From positions 10,109-74,108 of IMG/VR virus record IMGVR_UViG_3300006175_000004: DNA of 64,000 nt; one strand, given 5' to 3'. Origin of the DNA: a virus. The position numbers and the translations under genes were made by a program. This document shows positions 1 through 9,457 of the stretch, one piece after another (position 1 is the first letter of the stretch; each line of letters begins with the position of its first letter). Under the pieces are notes generated by a model. That model worked only from the letters and a program-made list of their open reading frames with translations, ran no database searches and had not been told where the DNA came from.

Positions 1-1404
1 TCCCTTCAGGAATCCGTCCTGACGCTGATCTGTTGCGATGATCGGCGGGGCGCGATTGCGGCCAATCAGATCGATGTAGAATTATTCGAACCACCCTACG
101 ATGATATCGCCAAGCGGGCGATCAGCTATCGCAAGCGATTCAAGAAGCCACCCGGCCTTGCTCACCTTGACGATCTGTTCGACCATATCCTTGGCGATCC
201 TAAATCGAAGCGACACCATGTCTACAAGCAGGTGCTTCAGGGGATCAGTGCGCAATCGCAGAACCTGAATGCCGAATATGTTCTGTCTCGGGTTCAGGAT
301 TTCCAAGAGCGGCAAAGCCTGAAGGTCGCTGTCCTTGATGCAGCCGAAGCCTACAAGCGGGGCGGGGATGATCTCGTCACCAATGTCCGCACCATTCTGA
401 ACGACGCGCTGAAGTTTCGGGAAGACACGAACGACAGCGGTATCTTCCTTGGGGATCGGAAGCAGGTGCTTCGCGTGCTGACCAATCCCCGGCGCACGTC
501 CTACAAGCTTGGCATCAAGGAACTGGACCGCCTTGGCTTGGGGCCGACACAGGGCGAAGTGCTCGCCTTCATGGCCCCAAAGGGCGGGGGAAAGACTTGG
601 TTCTGCATCGAGGCCGCTGTCCGATTGCTTCAGCAACAGGCGAAGGTGGTCCACATCAGCTTGGAAATGTCGGAAGAACGGCTGGTGCCCCGCTACATGC
701 AGCGCATGTTCGCCATCTCGAAACGCAACGAGAGCTTTTCTGTTGCCAATCTCGAGATGGATGATCAGGGACGGGTGGTCGCTCTGAAGCAGCGGCGATC
801 CCGCGCTCGCCTTTCCCTATCCGACAAGGACATCTACGAAAAGATCGGGGCGAAGCTTGACCGCTTCGGATCGCGTCTGTCCAAATTGGTGGTCAAGGAA
901 TTCCCGACAAGCACCCTGTCCATCGATCAGGTCGAAGCCTACCTTGATGGACTGGAACTCAGCCACGGCTTCAGCCCGGATGCTTTGATCATCGATTATC
1001 CAAAGCTGATGAAGCTGCCGCGCAATCAGGAATACCGGTTGGCGGTCGGCGGAAACTTTGAGGCACTTCGTGGAATGCTCATCCGGCGCAATCTTGCTGG
1101 CATCTTCCCGATCCAATCCCATCGCGAAGCGGAAAGCGCGAAGCTCATCACCGGGCAGAATATCGGGGAAGACTACAGCATGGGGCAAACCGCCGACATT
1201 CTGATCACTTACAATCAGACCCGCGCGGAGCACGCTGCCGGATTGGCCCGGCTGTATGTCGATAAGGCAAGGAATGAAGAAGACAAGTTCGCGGTTCTGA
1301 TTGCACAGAATTACAAGACCGGCCAATTCTGTCGCGATTCAGCTTGGGTGCCGGGAAACTATTGGCGCAGCCTGAAAGAGCTCACAGGGAAGGGCGAAGA
1401 ATGA
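1..1404 (+). CDS. DnaB/T4 gp41-like replicative helicase (5'-truncated)
   Basis: Frame is open from base 1 (SLQESVLTLICC...) into track ORF 232..1404. Walker A APKGGGKT, HISLEMS, LIIDY and ARLYVDKARN SF4 motifs. Confidence 0.9.
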   Translation, partial: SLQESVLTLICCDDRRGAIAANQIDVELFEPPYDDIAKRAISYRKRFKKPPGLAHLDDLFDHILGDPKSKRHHVYKQVLQGISAQSQNLNAEYVLSRVQDFQERQSLKVAVLDAAEAYKRGGDDLVTNVRTILNDALKFREDTNDSGIFLGDRKQVLRVLTNPRRTSYKLGIKELDRLGLGPTQGEVLAFMAPKGGGKTWFCIEAAVRLLQQQAKVVHISLEMSEERLVPRYMQRMFAISKRNESFSVANLEMDDQGRVVALKQRRSRARLSLSDKDIYEKIGAKLDRFGSRLSKLVVKEFPTSTLSIDQVEAYLDGLELSHGFSPDALIIDYPKLMKLPRNQEYRLAVGGNFEALRGMLIRRNLAGIFPIQSHREAESAKLITGQNIGEDYSMGQTADILITYNQTRAEHAAGLARLYVDKARNEEDKFAVLIAQNYKTGQFCRDSAWVPGNYWRSLKELTGKGEE

Positions 1405-1685
1405 TCAGTAAGGAAACGATGGACGCAGTCTGCTCCGATTGCGCCTTGTATGGTAAAATTATGATGCACCAAGCGGGCGGGGAACCTATTGACCACCTGA
1501 CAATGGTCACCGCAATATTCCTGAAGGCTGCGTGCGCCTTTGCGGTGCTGCGGAATTGGGATGAAGCCCGCACGCTGAAACGGGCACAGGAAATGGTGCG
1601 CGATCATCTGCCCACCGCATACAAGGAAGTCAAAGCGGACTACGAAAACCTGATGAAGCAGCAGGCAGGGGAAGCAAAGCATTGA
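1401..1685 (+). CDS. hypothetical protein
   Basis: ATGA overlap with the helicase stop; MISKETMDAV... Confidence 0.7.
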   Translation: MISKETMDAVCSDCALYGKIMMHQAGGEPIDHLTMVTAIFLKAACAFAVLRNWDEARTLKRAQEMVRDHLPTAYKEVKADYENLMKQQAGEAKH

Positions 1686-1876
1686 TCACAGAAAGACCAG
1701 TCGATCCCGGATGGTATTGGGCGAAGTTCAAGCATGAAGGGGCGAAGCCTGAAATCGTGAAGGTTGAAGGCCCGCTCAGTTGGTCGCCAATGCAGACCAC
1801 CAAGCGGGCGGGGCGGGGCGGGGCCTACTTCCTTGGGGAATTCGATCTCATCCAAAAGATCGACGATCTGACCTGA
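1682..1876 (+). CDS. hypothetical protein
   Basis: Coupled to neighbours on both sides; PGWYWAK motif. Confidence 0.6.
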   Translation: MITERPVDPGWYWAKFKHEGAKPEIVKVEGPLSWSPMQTTKRAGRGGAYFLGEFDLIQKIDDLT

Positions 1877-3441
1877 TGCTGCATCCCCTCGCGATCAAGG
1901 AATTCCTGGCTCGCAAGCATGATGACCATTCGTGGCTGAAGAAGATTCCCGAAAAGGAACTGGACCGACAGCTTCGTGACCTTCGCTTCCACGCGGTGCG
2001 TCGCGACAAGCCCTTGGACATTCACCAGAAGGTGATGATCCTGCTGGGGATTGCCTACCCGCGCTTCGCCTTTTGGGCCGCAATGGGATCAGGCAAGACC
2101 CGCGTGATTCTGGAATTGCTGAACTACTTTTGGCAGCGCAACCAGTTCAGCCGGGGCTTAGTGCTGATCCCATCTGAAAGCGGGGTCTTCTCATGGGTCG
2201 ACCAGATTGAAGAATGGGAAATCGACATCCCCTTCCTGCCGCTCGGCAATGGCGGCACCGATGAAAAGCGCGATCAGATTGAAGACTTCGACGAAGGATT
2301 GATCCTTGCCACCTACAACGGGGCCATGTGGCTGTTTTCCAAGCGGCACAAGAAGGAGCGCCGCAGGATCAATAACATTTACCGGGCGAAGAAGTTCGGT
2401 GCGACGATTGATGCAATTATCCCCGATGAATCGACCAAGCTCGGCAATCAAGATTCCCTGATCTACCGAATCTGCCGGGCAATGATCCGGGCCGAAGATG
2501 GTCCGAAGTTTGTCTGGCCCTTGGCGGGGCGACCATTCGGACGCGATCCTACGATGATGTGGTCGCAGCAGTTCCTAGTCGATGAAGGCGAGAGCCTTGG
2601 CGACACCTTGGGCCTGTTTCGCGCGGCCTTTTTCGATGAGAAAAAGGGCTGGTTCAAAATGTATGACTACAAATTCAAGGAAGAGCTGCGGCCCAAGCTG
2701 ACCGAGTGCATCGGGCACCGCTCGATTTCCTATTCCATCGGTGAGTGCATCACGCTTCCGAAGAAGGTGCCCATCAAGCGACATGTCGAATTGCCGAAGT
2801 CCACCCGATCCTATTACGAAGACGCGGTGAAGGCTCTGTGGCAGGCGCGGGGCGACATGACCAAAGCCGAGAACGCCTTCCTGCGGATGCGGCAATTGTC
2901 GTCGGGCTTCCTTGGTACCAAGGATGACGAGACCGGCGAAAAAGCCGAGCTGACCTTTCCGTCAAATCCGAAGCTCGATCTGTTGATCGACTTGGTGACT
3001 GAAATGCCGGAAGACCGGAAGTTCGTGGTCTTCCATGACTTCACGCACAGCGGTCGAATGATCAGCGCCGCCATGAAGAAGGCGAAGGTGAAGACCGAGT
3101 GGATATGGGGCGGCACCAAAAACACGCAGGATATCCTGCGCCGCTTCAAGCGTGACCCATCGCTCACAGGACTGGTCATCAATTCCCGAATCGGATCGAT
3201 GGTGCTGAATTTGCAGATCGCCAATTACATTTTCTATTTCGAGTCACCGGTCGGTGCGATTGACCGCGACCAGTCGGAAGCGCGGGTGTGGCGCAAGGGT
3301 CAATTGCTGCCCTGCTTCATTTACGATCTGATCTGTCGGGGCACCGCTGATCAGAAGATTCTCGACTTCCATTCCGAAGGGACCGGGCTCCTGAAGGCCC
3401 TGCTTCGCCACCCTGAAATCTTGGGGCGCAGGCCCGCCTGA
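1876..3441 (+). CDS. SNF2-family (SF2) helicase/ATPase
   Basis: TGATG coupling at 1874-1878. Motifs AMGSGKT, IIPDES, GSMVLNLQIAN, QSEARVWRKGQ. Confidence 0.9.
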   Translation: MLHPLAIKEFLARKHDDHSWLKKIPEKELDRQLRDLRFHAVRRDKPLDIHQKVMILLGIAYPRFAFWAAMGSGKTRVILELLNYFWQRNQFSRGLVLIPSESGVFSWVDQIEEWEIDIPFLPLGNGGTDEKRDQIEDFDEGLILATYNGAMWLFSKRHKKERRRINNIYRAKKFGATIDAIIPDESTKLGNQDSLIYRICRAMIRAEDGPKFVWPLAGRPFGRDPTMMWSQQFLVDEGESLGDTLGLFRAAFFDEKKGWFKMYDYKFKEELRPKLTECIGHRSISYSIGECITLPKKVPIKRHVELPKSTRSYYEDAVKALWQARGDMTKAENAFLRMRQLSSGFLGTKDDETGEKAELTFPSNPKLDLLIDLVTEMPEDRKFVVFHDFTHSGRMISAAMKKAKVKTEWIWGGTKNTQDILRRFKRDPSLTGLVINSRIGSMVLNLQIANYIFYFESPVGAIDRDQSEARVWRKGQLLPCFIYDLICRGTADQKILDFHSEGTGLLKALLRHPEILGRRPA

Positions 3442-3530
3442 AGCGGCCCCGGAAGCCAGTAGGCCGGAAATCCCGGCAGACTGCCGAAAATGGCCCCGCA
3501 AGCTCTTAGGAACACTTCGTAATTTAGCTC

Positions 3531-3559
3531 TTGCACGCCAATCGGTAACATTCCATATT
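3531..3559 (+). promoter_or_regulatory. sigma70-type early promoter
   Basis: TTGCAC (3531-3536), 17-bp spacer, CATATT (3554-3559), with AT-richer sequence upstream, at the head of the early operon. Confidence 0.65.
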
Positions 3560-3564
3560 AACTG

Positions 3565-3950
3565 CGCTGAACGGCGGGCATGGAAACCCCGCCCCAAGCA
3601 CAGGGATCAGAAGGCCCCCAAGCAGCCCCGGAATTGGCATCCGCTTTCTGCACCGCGCCTGCCGCGCGATTAGTCGAAAACGGACCAAGCTCAGGCAGGA
3701 CAAGATACCCCGATAAAAGGGCGCGGTCCAAAACCCCGGAAAGGCCGATCAGCAGCGCCGGGAGAAGAACGGAAATCCAGACGGCGAGCAGTGTCCAAGC
3801 GACCGCGAAAGGAATCAGGGAAAGGCCCAAGCGAGCGCCCTGATCAATCGGTAGCCAAAGAGCAGAGATTTCCAGAAATCGAATCACATATCATTTGCGG
3901 ATTCAGCGGGCCGGATTTCCACCCGGCCTGCCCCGCCAATCTTTTGCATT
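3565..3950 (+). ncRNA. putative large structured leader/ncRNA
   Basis: ~400-nt gap with no convincing CDS. Many complementary segments, including 5' CGCTGAA with 3' TTCAGCG, GGAAATC/GATTTCC, ATCAGGG/CCCTGAT and GGACC/GGTCC, joined by A-rich linkers. Confidence 0.5.
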
Positions 3951-3972
3951 TGGAAACATCAAAAGGATCAAA
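3951..3972 (+). repeat. 22-bp leader repeat TGGAAACATCAAAAGGATCAAA, copy 1
   Basis: Identical to 5184-5205; ends just upstream of ATG 3977. Confidence 0.85.
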
Positions 3973-3976
3973 CAAA

Positions 3977-4246
3977 ATGAAACGCACCATGACGCTTACG
4001 CTTTCAATCGAAGTGGAAGATTTGCCTGACAGCGAACTGAAAGAGATCGCGATTGAGCAATTGGGCTGCGACAGTGTCGAAGAAGCCGGGCTTGGATCGG
4101 TCGCGACCTATTCGGCTCGTGAAATTGCTGCGAACATGGTCGACGCCATGAACAACACCGACTGGCAGGCCGAAGGGGTGTGGGCGGGCAGCGAAATGTT
4201 CGCCAAGTTTGGCAAGATCGAATTCACCAAAGTGGAGTGGAACTGA
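3977..4246 (+). CDS. acidic hypothetical early protein
   Basis: AAAGGA RBS then ATG; MKRTMTLTLSIEVED... Confidence 0.75.
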   Translation: MKRTMTLTLSIEVEDLPDSELKEIAIEQLGCDSVEEAGLGSVATYSAREIAANMVDAMNNTDWQAEGVWAGSEMFAKFGKIEFTKVEWN

Positions 4247-4506
4247 TGGCCACGAAGAAACCGACAGCGCGAATGGAATTGATGTACGGACGCTACGTCG
4301 ACCCCCGGCACGAAAAGCGGGCCTTCCGCAAAATGGGAATGTCCGATCTGATCTACCTTGCTCATTGCATGGGGGAAGCTGCGGCGATGCGATCCATTCC
4401 GCGCCACCAGATCAATCCCTTCCCACCCGGCGAGCGGCGCGACGCTTTCGACCGGGGCTTCTTGCAGGCCGACCCGATGGGCGAATGGATGGGGCGCAAC
4501 CAATGA
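4246..4506 (+). CDS. hypothetical early protein
   Basis: TGATG coupling; MATKKPTARM... Confidence 0.7.
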   Translation: MATKKPTARMELMYGRYVDPRHEKRAFRKMGMSDLIYLAHCMGEAAAMRSIPRHQINPFPPGERRDAFDRGFLQADPMGEWMGRNQ

Positions 4507-4700
4507 AGATCACCCTGACCACAAACGACCCGGCTGAAATCCTGAAAGCCCTTGCCGACGAGGCAAGGCGACAGGCCGAAGGTGAATTCAGCTTCGCCCG
4601 GATGGCCCACACGAAGAAGGTTTCAGAAGCCCGAATGAATCGGGGCTTGGCCCTGAAGGACTTTGCTTCCTTCATCGATCAAATCAAAACCGGAGAATGA
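4503..4700 (+). CDS. hypothetical early protein
   Basis: ATGA overlap; MKITLTTNDP... Confidence 0.7.
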   Translation: MKITLTTNDPAEILKALADEARRQAEGEFSFARMAHTKKVSEARMNRGLALKDFASFIDQIKTGE

Positions 4701-4701
4701 C

Positions 4702-4953
4702 ATGAAGAATAAAGCAGCCGCCGACATCGAAGCCGATAGGCTGAAGGTGCTTGCACATGCCACCCGCTTTGCGTCGGTGGCATTTCGCGGTCGCGGCAAA
4801 TACGACCGCGTCGAATCCGATACCCTTGAGCAAGCGCGGGTGGCAGCATCCGAGCTTTATTTTGACCGGCCTGTCACGATCTACGCCATTGCCTACAATT
4901 TGGATGGCGCATCGATCCGGACAGCCCACATCGAAAATTGGAGCCCAAAATGA
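4702..4953 (+). CDS. hypothetical early protein
   Basis: GGAG RBS; MKNKAAADIE... Confidence 0.7.
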   Translation: MKNKAAADIEADRLKVLAHATRFASVAFRGRGKYDRVESDTLEQARVAASELYFDRPVTIYAIAYNLDGASIRTAHIENWSPK

Positions 4954-5174
4954 CCACTTACCTTTTACTTTGCGGTGGATCGGTCGCGGTGCCGCAACTT
5001 TCTGCAACGGTGCATGAATTCATCAGTCAGAAAGACACAATTGCCCACGCCAAGGAAATGTCGAAGGCGATTGCCGGTCCGAACGTCTACCGCTTCAGCC
5101 TGTGGCTGGGCAAAACTTGCGTTGCTGATTGGCGGGTCGATCAAAAGCCGACCGTTATTGATTGCCCGCACTGA
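4950..5174 (+). CDS. hypothetical early protein
   Basis: ATGA overlap; MTTYLLLCGG... Confidence 0.65.
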   Translation: MTTYLLLCGGSVAVPQLSATVHEFISQKDTIAHAKEMSKAIAGPNVYRFSLWLGKTCVADWRVDQKPTVIDCPH

Positions 5175-5183
5175 ATTGAATTC

Positions 5184-5205
5184 TGGAAACATCAAAAGGA
5201 TCAAA
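5184..5205 (+). repeat. 22-bp leader repeat TGGAAACATCAAAAGGATCAAA, copy 2
   Basis: Identical to 3951-3972; upstream of ATG 5210. Confidence 0.85.
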
Positions 5206-5209
5206 TCAA

Positions 5210-6088
5210 ATGTCGACTTTCAATCTGTCTGAGAAAGCGGTGCTTGCGAACTTCACCATTTCCCGGTGGGGCGGTCAGCGTCTCGACGAAACGGTGACCA
5301 AGGACACCAATACCCGGCTCGCCAATGGCAACGATGTCGGATCATACCGGAAGAAGCTTCTGCCACCGAAGGCCACCCTGAAGATTGACACAATCGTTTA
5401 TGCGGCCCGCAATTATCACCGGGCGAAGACGCAGCCGTGGCTGGACGACGGCACGCGGGTGCTTCCTTCGACATTGGCAATGGAATACGCCGCGAAGATT
5501 CACGAATTTCAATCCGACTTTGGTTCAGCGGTGGACGAATTCATCACCCACGATTATCCCGCCCACTTGCGGTCGGCACCCCGCCGCATGGGGTCGATGT
5601 TCAAGAAGGAAGATTATCCCACCCCGGAAAGCCTGCGGAACAGCTACAGCTTCAGGTCACTGATCTTGCCGATTCCAGATGCCCGCGATTTCCGGGTGGG
5701 TGGTATCGACCTGAATGAAGCGAAGAAGGAAATTGAATCGGCTATGGGCCAGATTCACGATCAGATGCTGCAAGATATCGGCCTGCGGATTCAGGATACG
5801 GTCGGCCACATGGCTGAGCGTCTGAAGAAATACAAACCCGCAGCCGGTAACAAGAAGGCGGAGAGCAGCTTCAAGAATTCGCTGGTCGAGAATGTCCGCG
5901 ACTTGGTGGCGCTGTTGCCGCACTTCAACCTTGACGCCGACCCGAAGCTTGCCAAGCTGATTGACAGCATCGGGAAGAACTTGTGCAAGCACGAAGCTGA
6001 AGACTTGCGCTTGGACAGCAGGCTTCGCACCAAGGTCGCCAAGTCGGCGGACGAAGTGCTGAAAGCCATTTCCGACTACATCGCCTAA
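5210..6088 (+). CDS. DUF3150-like protein
   Basis: ISRWGG, PWLDDGTRVLP and EDYPTPESLR resemble the family usually found next to phage MoxR/VWA genes. Confidence 0.6.
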   Translation: MSTFNLSEKAVLANFTISRWGGQRLDETVTKDTNTRLANGNDVGSYRKKLLPPKATLKIDTIVYAARNYHRAKTQPWLDDGTRVLPSTLAMEYAAKIHEFQSDFGSAVDEFITHDYPAHLRSAPRRMGSMFKKEDYPTPESLRNSYSFRSLILPIPDARDFRVGGIDLNEAKKEIESAMGQIHDQMLQDIGLRIQDTVGHMAERLKKYKPAAGNKKAESSFKNSLVENVRDLVALLPHFNLDADPKLAKLIDSIGKNLCKHEAEDLRLDSRLRTKVAKSADEVLKAISDYIA

Positions 6089-6101
6089 CCAAAACAAAAA
6101 C

Positions 6102-6218
6102 ATGCGCTACATTCTGCAATTTGCGGCAATCGCGTTCGCGGCAAAGTGGGTATTTGCTGCTGCGCACCTTTTCCAATCCATTGCCGACGCGATTGCGTCG
6201 GTGAATGGCATTCACTGA
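6102..6218 (+). CDS. 38-aa hydrophobic micro-protein
   Basis: Manual translation MRYILQFAAIAFAAKWVFAAAHLFQSIADAIASVNGIH; fills the gap; A-rich leader without SD. Confidence 0.45.
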   Translation: MRYILQFAAIAFAAKWVFAAAHLFQSIADAIASVNGIH

Positions 6219-6272
6219 TCAACCAAAGCTGGGTTGGAAACCCCGGCTTCGATCTTGAAAGGATCAAATTCA

Positions 6273-7277
6273 ATGTCTGACATGACACTTGCCATCGCGA
6301 CAGAGTGCCTTCTCGCCAATGTCGCGGCGAACATTCCCACAATGCTTTGGTCACCACCGGGCGTCGGAAAATCCGACACCGTCCGCTATGTGGGAAGTCT
6401 GCTCAAATGCTCGGTGATTGACTTCCGGGCAGCCCTTCGCGACCCGGTCGATTTGCGGGGCCTTCCCTTGGTCGATGCCAAGTCAGGCACGACCCGCTGG
6501 CTTCCGCCCGCCGAGCTTCCGCAGGAAGGCCGCGACGGGAAGAAGGGTATTCTGTTCATGGACGAGCTGAATGCAGCATCCCGGATGATGATGGCCGCGT
6601 GCTTTGGATTGGTCCTTGAACGGAAGGTGGGCGAATATGTCCTTCCCGATGGCTGGGCAATCATTGCGGCGGGCAATCGCGTGCTTGACCGGGCCGCAGC
6701 CAATTCCATGCCGACCGCCTTGCGGAATCGGTTCGCCCATCTGACCATCGTGCCCGATTTACAAAGCTGGTGTGAATGGGCCGCACGGGTGGGCTTGCAC
6801 CCATTGGTCACCGCCTTCGTTCGCTTCCGCCCTGAATTGCTGCACAAGATGCCGGAAGGCGAGGAGAACAGCTTCCCGACCCCGCGTGCATGGGAACGGG
6901 TGGCGAAGATTTGCGATGCGAAGGAAGGCATCCGCCAGCATCTGGTATCAGCCCTTGTGGGCGACGGCCCGGCTGCGGAATTCGAGGGCTTCATCCGGGT
7001 ATGGAAGAACCTGCCGTCGATCAACGACATCCTCGCCAATCCCCGGACGGTGCACTGCCCTTCTTACGATGAGCCCGCTCAGTGCTACGCCTTGGCGACA
7101 GGCTTGGCTCGCCGCTGCGACAAATCCAACTTCACAAATGCGGTGGCCTACACGGATCGGTTGCCGCGCGAATTCAGCGTGATGTTCGTGATCGATGCCA
7201 TCAAGAAGAACCCCGATCTGAAGAACACCAAGGCATTCACCGGCTGGTTCGCCCGCAATAGCGACGTCCTGATCTGA
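6273..7277 (+). CDS. MoxR-like AAA+ ATPase
   Basis: Walker A SPPGVGKS, Walker B ILFMDELN, IIAAGNR, ALRNRF, PTPRAWE. Confidence 0.9.
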   Translation: MSDMTLAIATECLLANVAANIPTMLWSPPGVGKSDTVRYVGSLLKCSVIDFRAALRDPVDLRGLPLVDAKSGTTRWLPPAELPQEGRDGKKGILFMDELNAASRMMMAACFGLVLERKVGEYVLPDGWAIIAAGNRVLDRAAANSMPTALRNRFAHLTIVPDLQSWCEWAARVGLHPLVTAFVRFRPELLHKMPEGEENSFPTPRAWERVAKICDAKEGIRQHLVSALVGDGPAAEFEGFIRVWKNLPSINDILANPRTVHCPSYDEPAQCYALATGLARRCDKSNFTNAVAYTDRLPREFSVMFVIDAIKKNPDLKNTKAFTGWFARNSDVLI

Positions 7278-7291
7278 AAGGAGATCAAACA

Positions 7292-7483
7292 ATGTTGTGG
7301 ATGGTTATTCAAAAACCAAAGCATCGATACGTGATGATTCAGAATATCCGATGCACAGTGATCGAAGCTCGATCAGGAAGGGCCGCGATTCACCAAGCCA
7401 AGATAAGAAACTTCATCTGTGACAGAGACTACAGGCAACCTAAAGCAGTTCAGATCACAGCCGATTTGGACCTGTGGTTCTGA
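7292..7483 (+). CDS. hypothetical protein
   Basis: Strong AAAGGAG RBS. Confidence 0.65.
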   Translation: MLWMVIQKPKHRYVMIQNIRCTVIEARSGRAAIHQAKIRNFICDRDYRQPKAVQITADLDLWF

Positions 7484-7494
7484 AAGGATCGACC

Positions 7495-7608
7495 ATGACT
7501 ACTTGGATCATTTCCCACCAAACCGCCTTCTCTTGGTTTTGGTATGGCTTCGCAGCAGCGCAAGTGCTGAACCTTTTCTTCGCACTGATCAAAGGATCAA
7601 GAAGATGA
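7495..7608 (+). CDS. 37-aa single-TM micro-protein
   Basis: AAAGGATC RBS; MTTWIISHQTAFSWFWYGFAAAQVLNLFFALIKGSRR; stop overlaps the next ATG. Confidence 0.6.
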   Translation: MTTWIISHQTAFSWFWYGFAAAQVLNLFFALIKGSRR

Positions 7609-8849
7609 AACCACAAGCAATCGACCCGCGCATGATCAAAGCGCGGACATCGCTGATTCACCGCCACCCATTTTGGGGAAGCTTGGCGTTGCATCTGCAA
7701 ATCGTGGAAGACCCATCGGTGGAGACAATGGCTGTCGATGGGAAGCATTTGTTCTACGCCCCGAAGTTTCTGGACACATTGACGCAGGCGCAAATCGAAG
7801 CGGTGATCGCGCACGAAGTTTGCCACTGCGCTTACAAGCACCATGTCCGCAGGGGCAGCCGCGATTTTGAATTGTGGAACGAAGCTTGCGACCACCCGAT
7901 CAATTTGGACTTACAACGAGCGGGCTTTGATTTGCCGAAGCCCAATCTGTGCGATCCTCAATATGATCGGATGTCGGCTGAAGAAGTCTTCGCCATCATT
8001 GCCAAGAAGCAGGCCGAGCAACAGAAGCAGCAGGGCCAAGGCCAAGGGCAAGGGCAGGGCGCGGCAGGAAGCCCGCAGCCGGGCGGGCAACAGCCGGGGC
8101 AATCCAAGCCCGGCCAAGGGCAAGGACAGCCCGGAAAGGGCACGATTCGCGGCCCTGCGGGCATGGGAAAGGTGCTTGACGCGGCCCCTGAGCATGATCA
8201 GGCGGCAACGGCCAAGGAAGAAGCCGAGTGGGACGTTCTGGTTCGCCAAGCCCTGTCGGTGGAAGCGGGTCGCAATGCCGGAAAGCTGCCCGGCAATTTG
8301 GCCCGCATGGCTGAAGCGGTGAAGCAACGGCCCGTCGATTGGCGGGAAGTATTGCACCGCTTCGTCGATAGCCGAGCATCGTGGGACTATTCTTGGTCCC
8401 ATCCCAACAAGCGCATGTTGGGTGGCGGGATCATTTTCCCCGGCACCGAGCCTGATGGGATCGGCAAGCTTGCGGTGGTCCGCGATACTTCAGGATCGAT
8501 TGACCGTCGATTGGCGGGCCGCTTCAATAACGAACTGCAAGCCATCCTAGACGATGGATCGGTATCTGAAGTGGTGATGATCGATTGCGACGCTTCCGTT
8601 CGCGATGTTCGTCATTTTCAGATGGGCGATCAGATCAGCATGGAAGTCAAAGGCGGCGGTGGCACCCGCTTCTCACCCGCCTTGGAATGGTTGGCACAAA
8701 AGGAAACCGACATTGTTGCGATCATCTATCTGACCGATCTGGATTGTCGCGACTTCGGACCTGAACCGAATGTGCCGACCCTGTGGGCTGCCTATGGTCC
8801 GAAGGCCCGCAACAGTGTGCCCTTCGGGGAAAAGATCATTCTAATATGA
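7605..8849 (+). CDS. DUF2201-type metallopeptidase-VWA protein
   Basis: HEVCH (HExxH), Q/G-rich linker, MIDAS-like DTSGS, GGGGTRF, IYLTD. Confidence 0.9.
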   Translation: MKPQAIDPRMIKARTSLIHRHPFWGSLALHLQIVEDPSVETMAVDGKHLFYAPKFLDTLTQAQIEAVIAHEVCHCAYKHHVRRGSRDFELWNEACDHPINLDLQRAGFDLPKPNLCDPQYDRMSAEEVFAIIAKKQAEQQKQQGQGQGQGQGAAGSPQPGGQQPGQSKPGQGQGQPGKGTIRGPAGMGKVLDAAPEHDQAATAKEEAEWDVLVRQALSVEAGRNAGKLPGNLARMAEAVKQRPVDWREVLHRFVDSRASWDYSWSHPNKRMLGGGIIFPGTEPDGIGKLAVVRDTSGSIDRRLAGRFNNELQAILDDGSVSEVVMIDCDASVRDVRHFQMGDQISMEVKGGGGTRFSPALEWLAQKETDIVAIIYLTDLDCRDFGPEPNVPTLWAAYGPKARNSVPFGEKIILI

Positions 8850-8863
8850 AAGGAAGGTAACCA

Positions 8864-9067
8864 ATGACTATTTTTGAAGCCCACAAAAAGTGGCGGGATG
8901 CTTACGCTGCTTGGGTGGACGAAGCCCACGTTGTGCTTGGTCCAAGTGCCCCGGTGAAAGCAATGCAAGGTGAGCCGGGCACCGAATTGCGTCGTTTGTA
9001 TGATGAGGTTGAGGCGGCAGCCAATGCGTATGACGCTGTCGCTCGTAGCATTCCTTTGTCTGACTGA
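8864..9067 (+). CDS. hypothetical protein
   Basis: RBS AAGGAAGG. Confidence 0.7.
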   Translation: MTIFEAHKKWRDAYAAWVDEAHVVLGPSAPVKAMQGEPGTELRRLYDEVEAAANAYDAVARSIPLSD

Positions 9068-9103
9068 AGTTTGGAAACATCGAAACCAAAAAGAAGGCAC
9101 CCA

Positions 9104-9457
9104 ATGCGTAAAGTTCACGTGACGTTTGAATGCTTGGAGAATGTGCTCGGGCCAATGCTGCTCGATATCACCGAGCGACCAAATACCCGGATCATCCAAA
9201 TGAAGGCGATCAGCGAACGACCGCCGACAGAAAACAAGCCCGCCAAAAACAAAACCGGTCTTTCCACAAGGGAAGTGATCGAAGACCTCGCCATGAAGAA
9301 GAAGGGAAAGGGCTTCACCATATCGGAAGCGAAAGCGGCCTTGGAAAATCATGGCTTCTCCAAGTCCACCGTCTACCCGCTGATCACAGACATGAAGAAG
9401 GCGGGAATAATCGGTGACGGTATCGACAACAACTACATTTCACTGATGGGGAAATAA
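9104..9457 (+). CDS. putative winged-HTH DNA-binding protein
   Basis: C-terminal FTISEAKAALENHGFSKSTVYPLITDMKKAGII; TGGAAACATC motif upstream. Confidence 0.55.
   Translation: MRKVHVTFECLENVLGPMLLDITERPNTRIIQMKAISERPPTENKPAKNKTGLSTREVIEDLAMKKKGKGFTISEAKAALENHGFSKSTVYPLITDMKKAGIIGDGIDNNYISLMGK

Noticed and set aside
3558-3887. 109-aa hydrophobic minus-strand ORF and 87-aa plus-strand ORF 3580..3843
   Set aside because: The minus ORF is antisense to the promoter and its hydrophobicity follows from the A-rich plus strand. The plus ORF lacks an RBS and is low-complexity. Neither is fully excluded.
3951-9081. Leader repeats as a CRISPR array or att sites
   Set aside because: Copies are kilobases apart, contain RBSs and have no regular spacers; no cas or integrase gene in the window.
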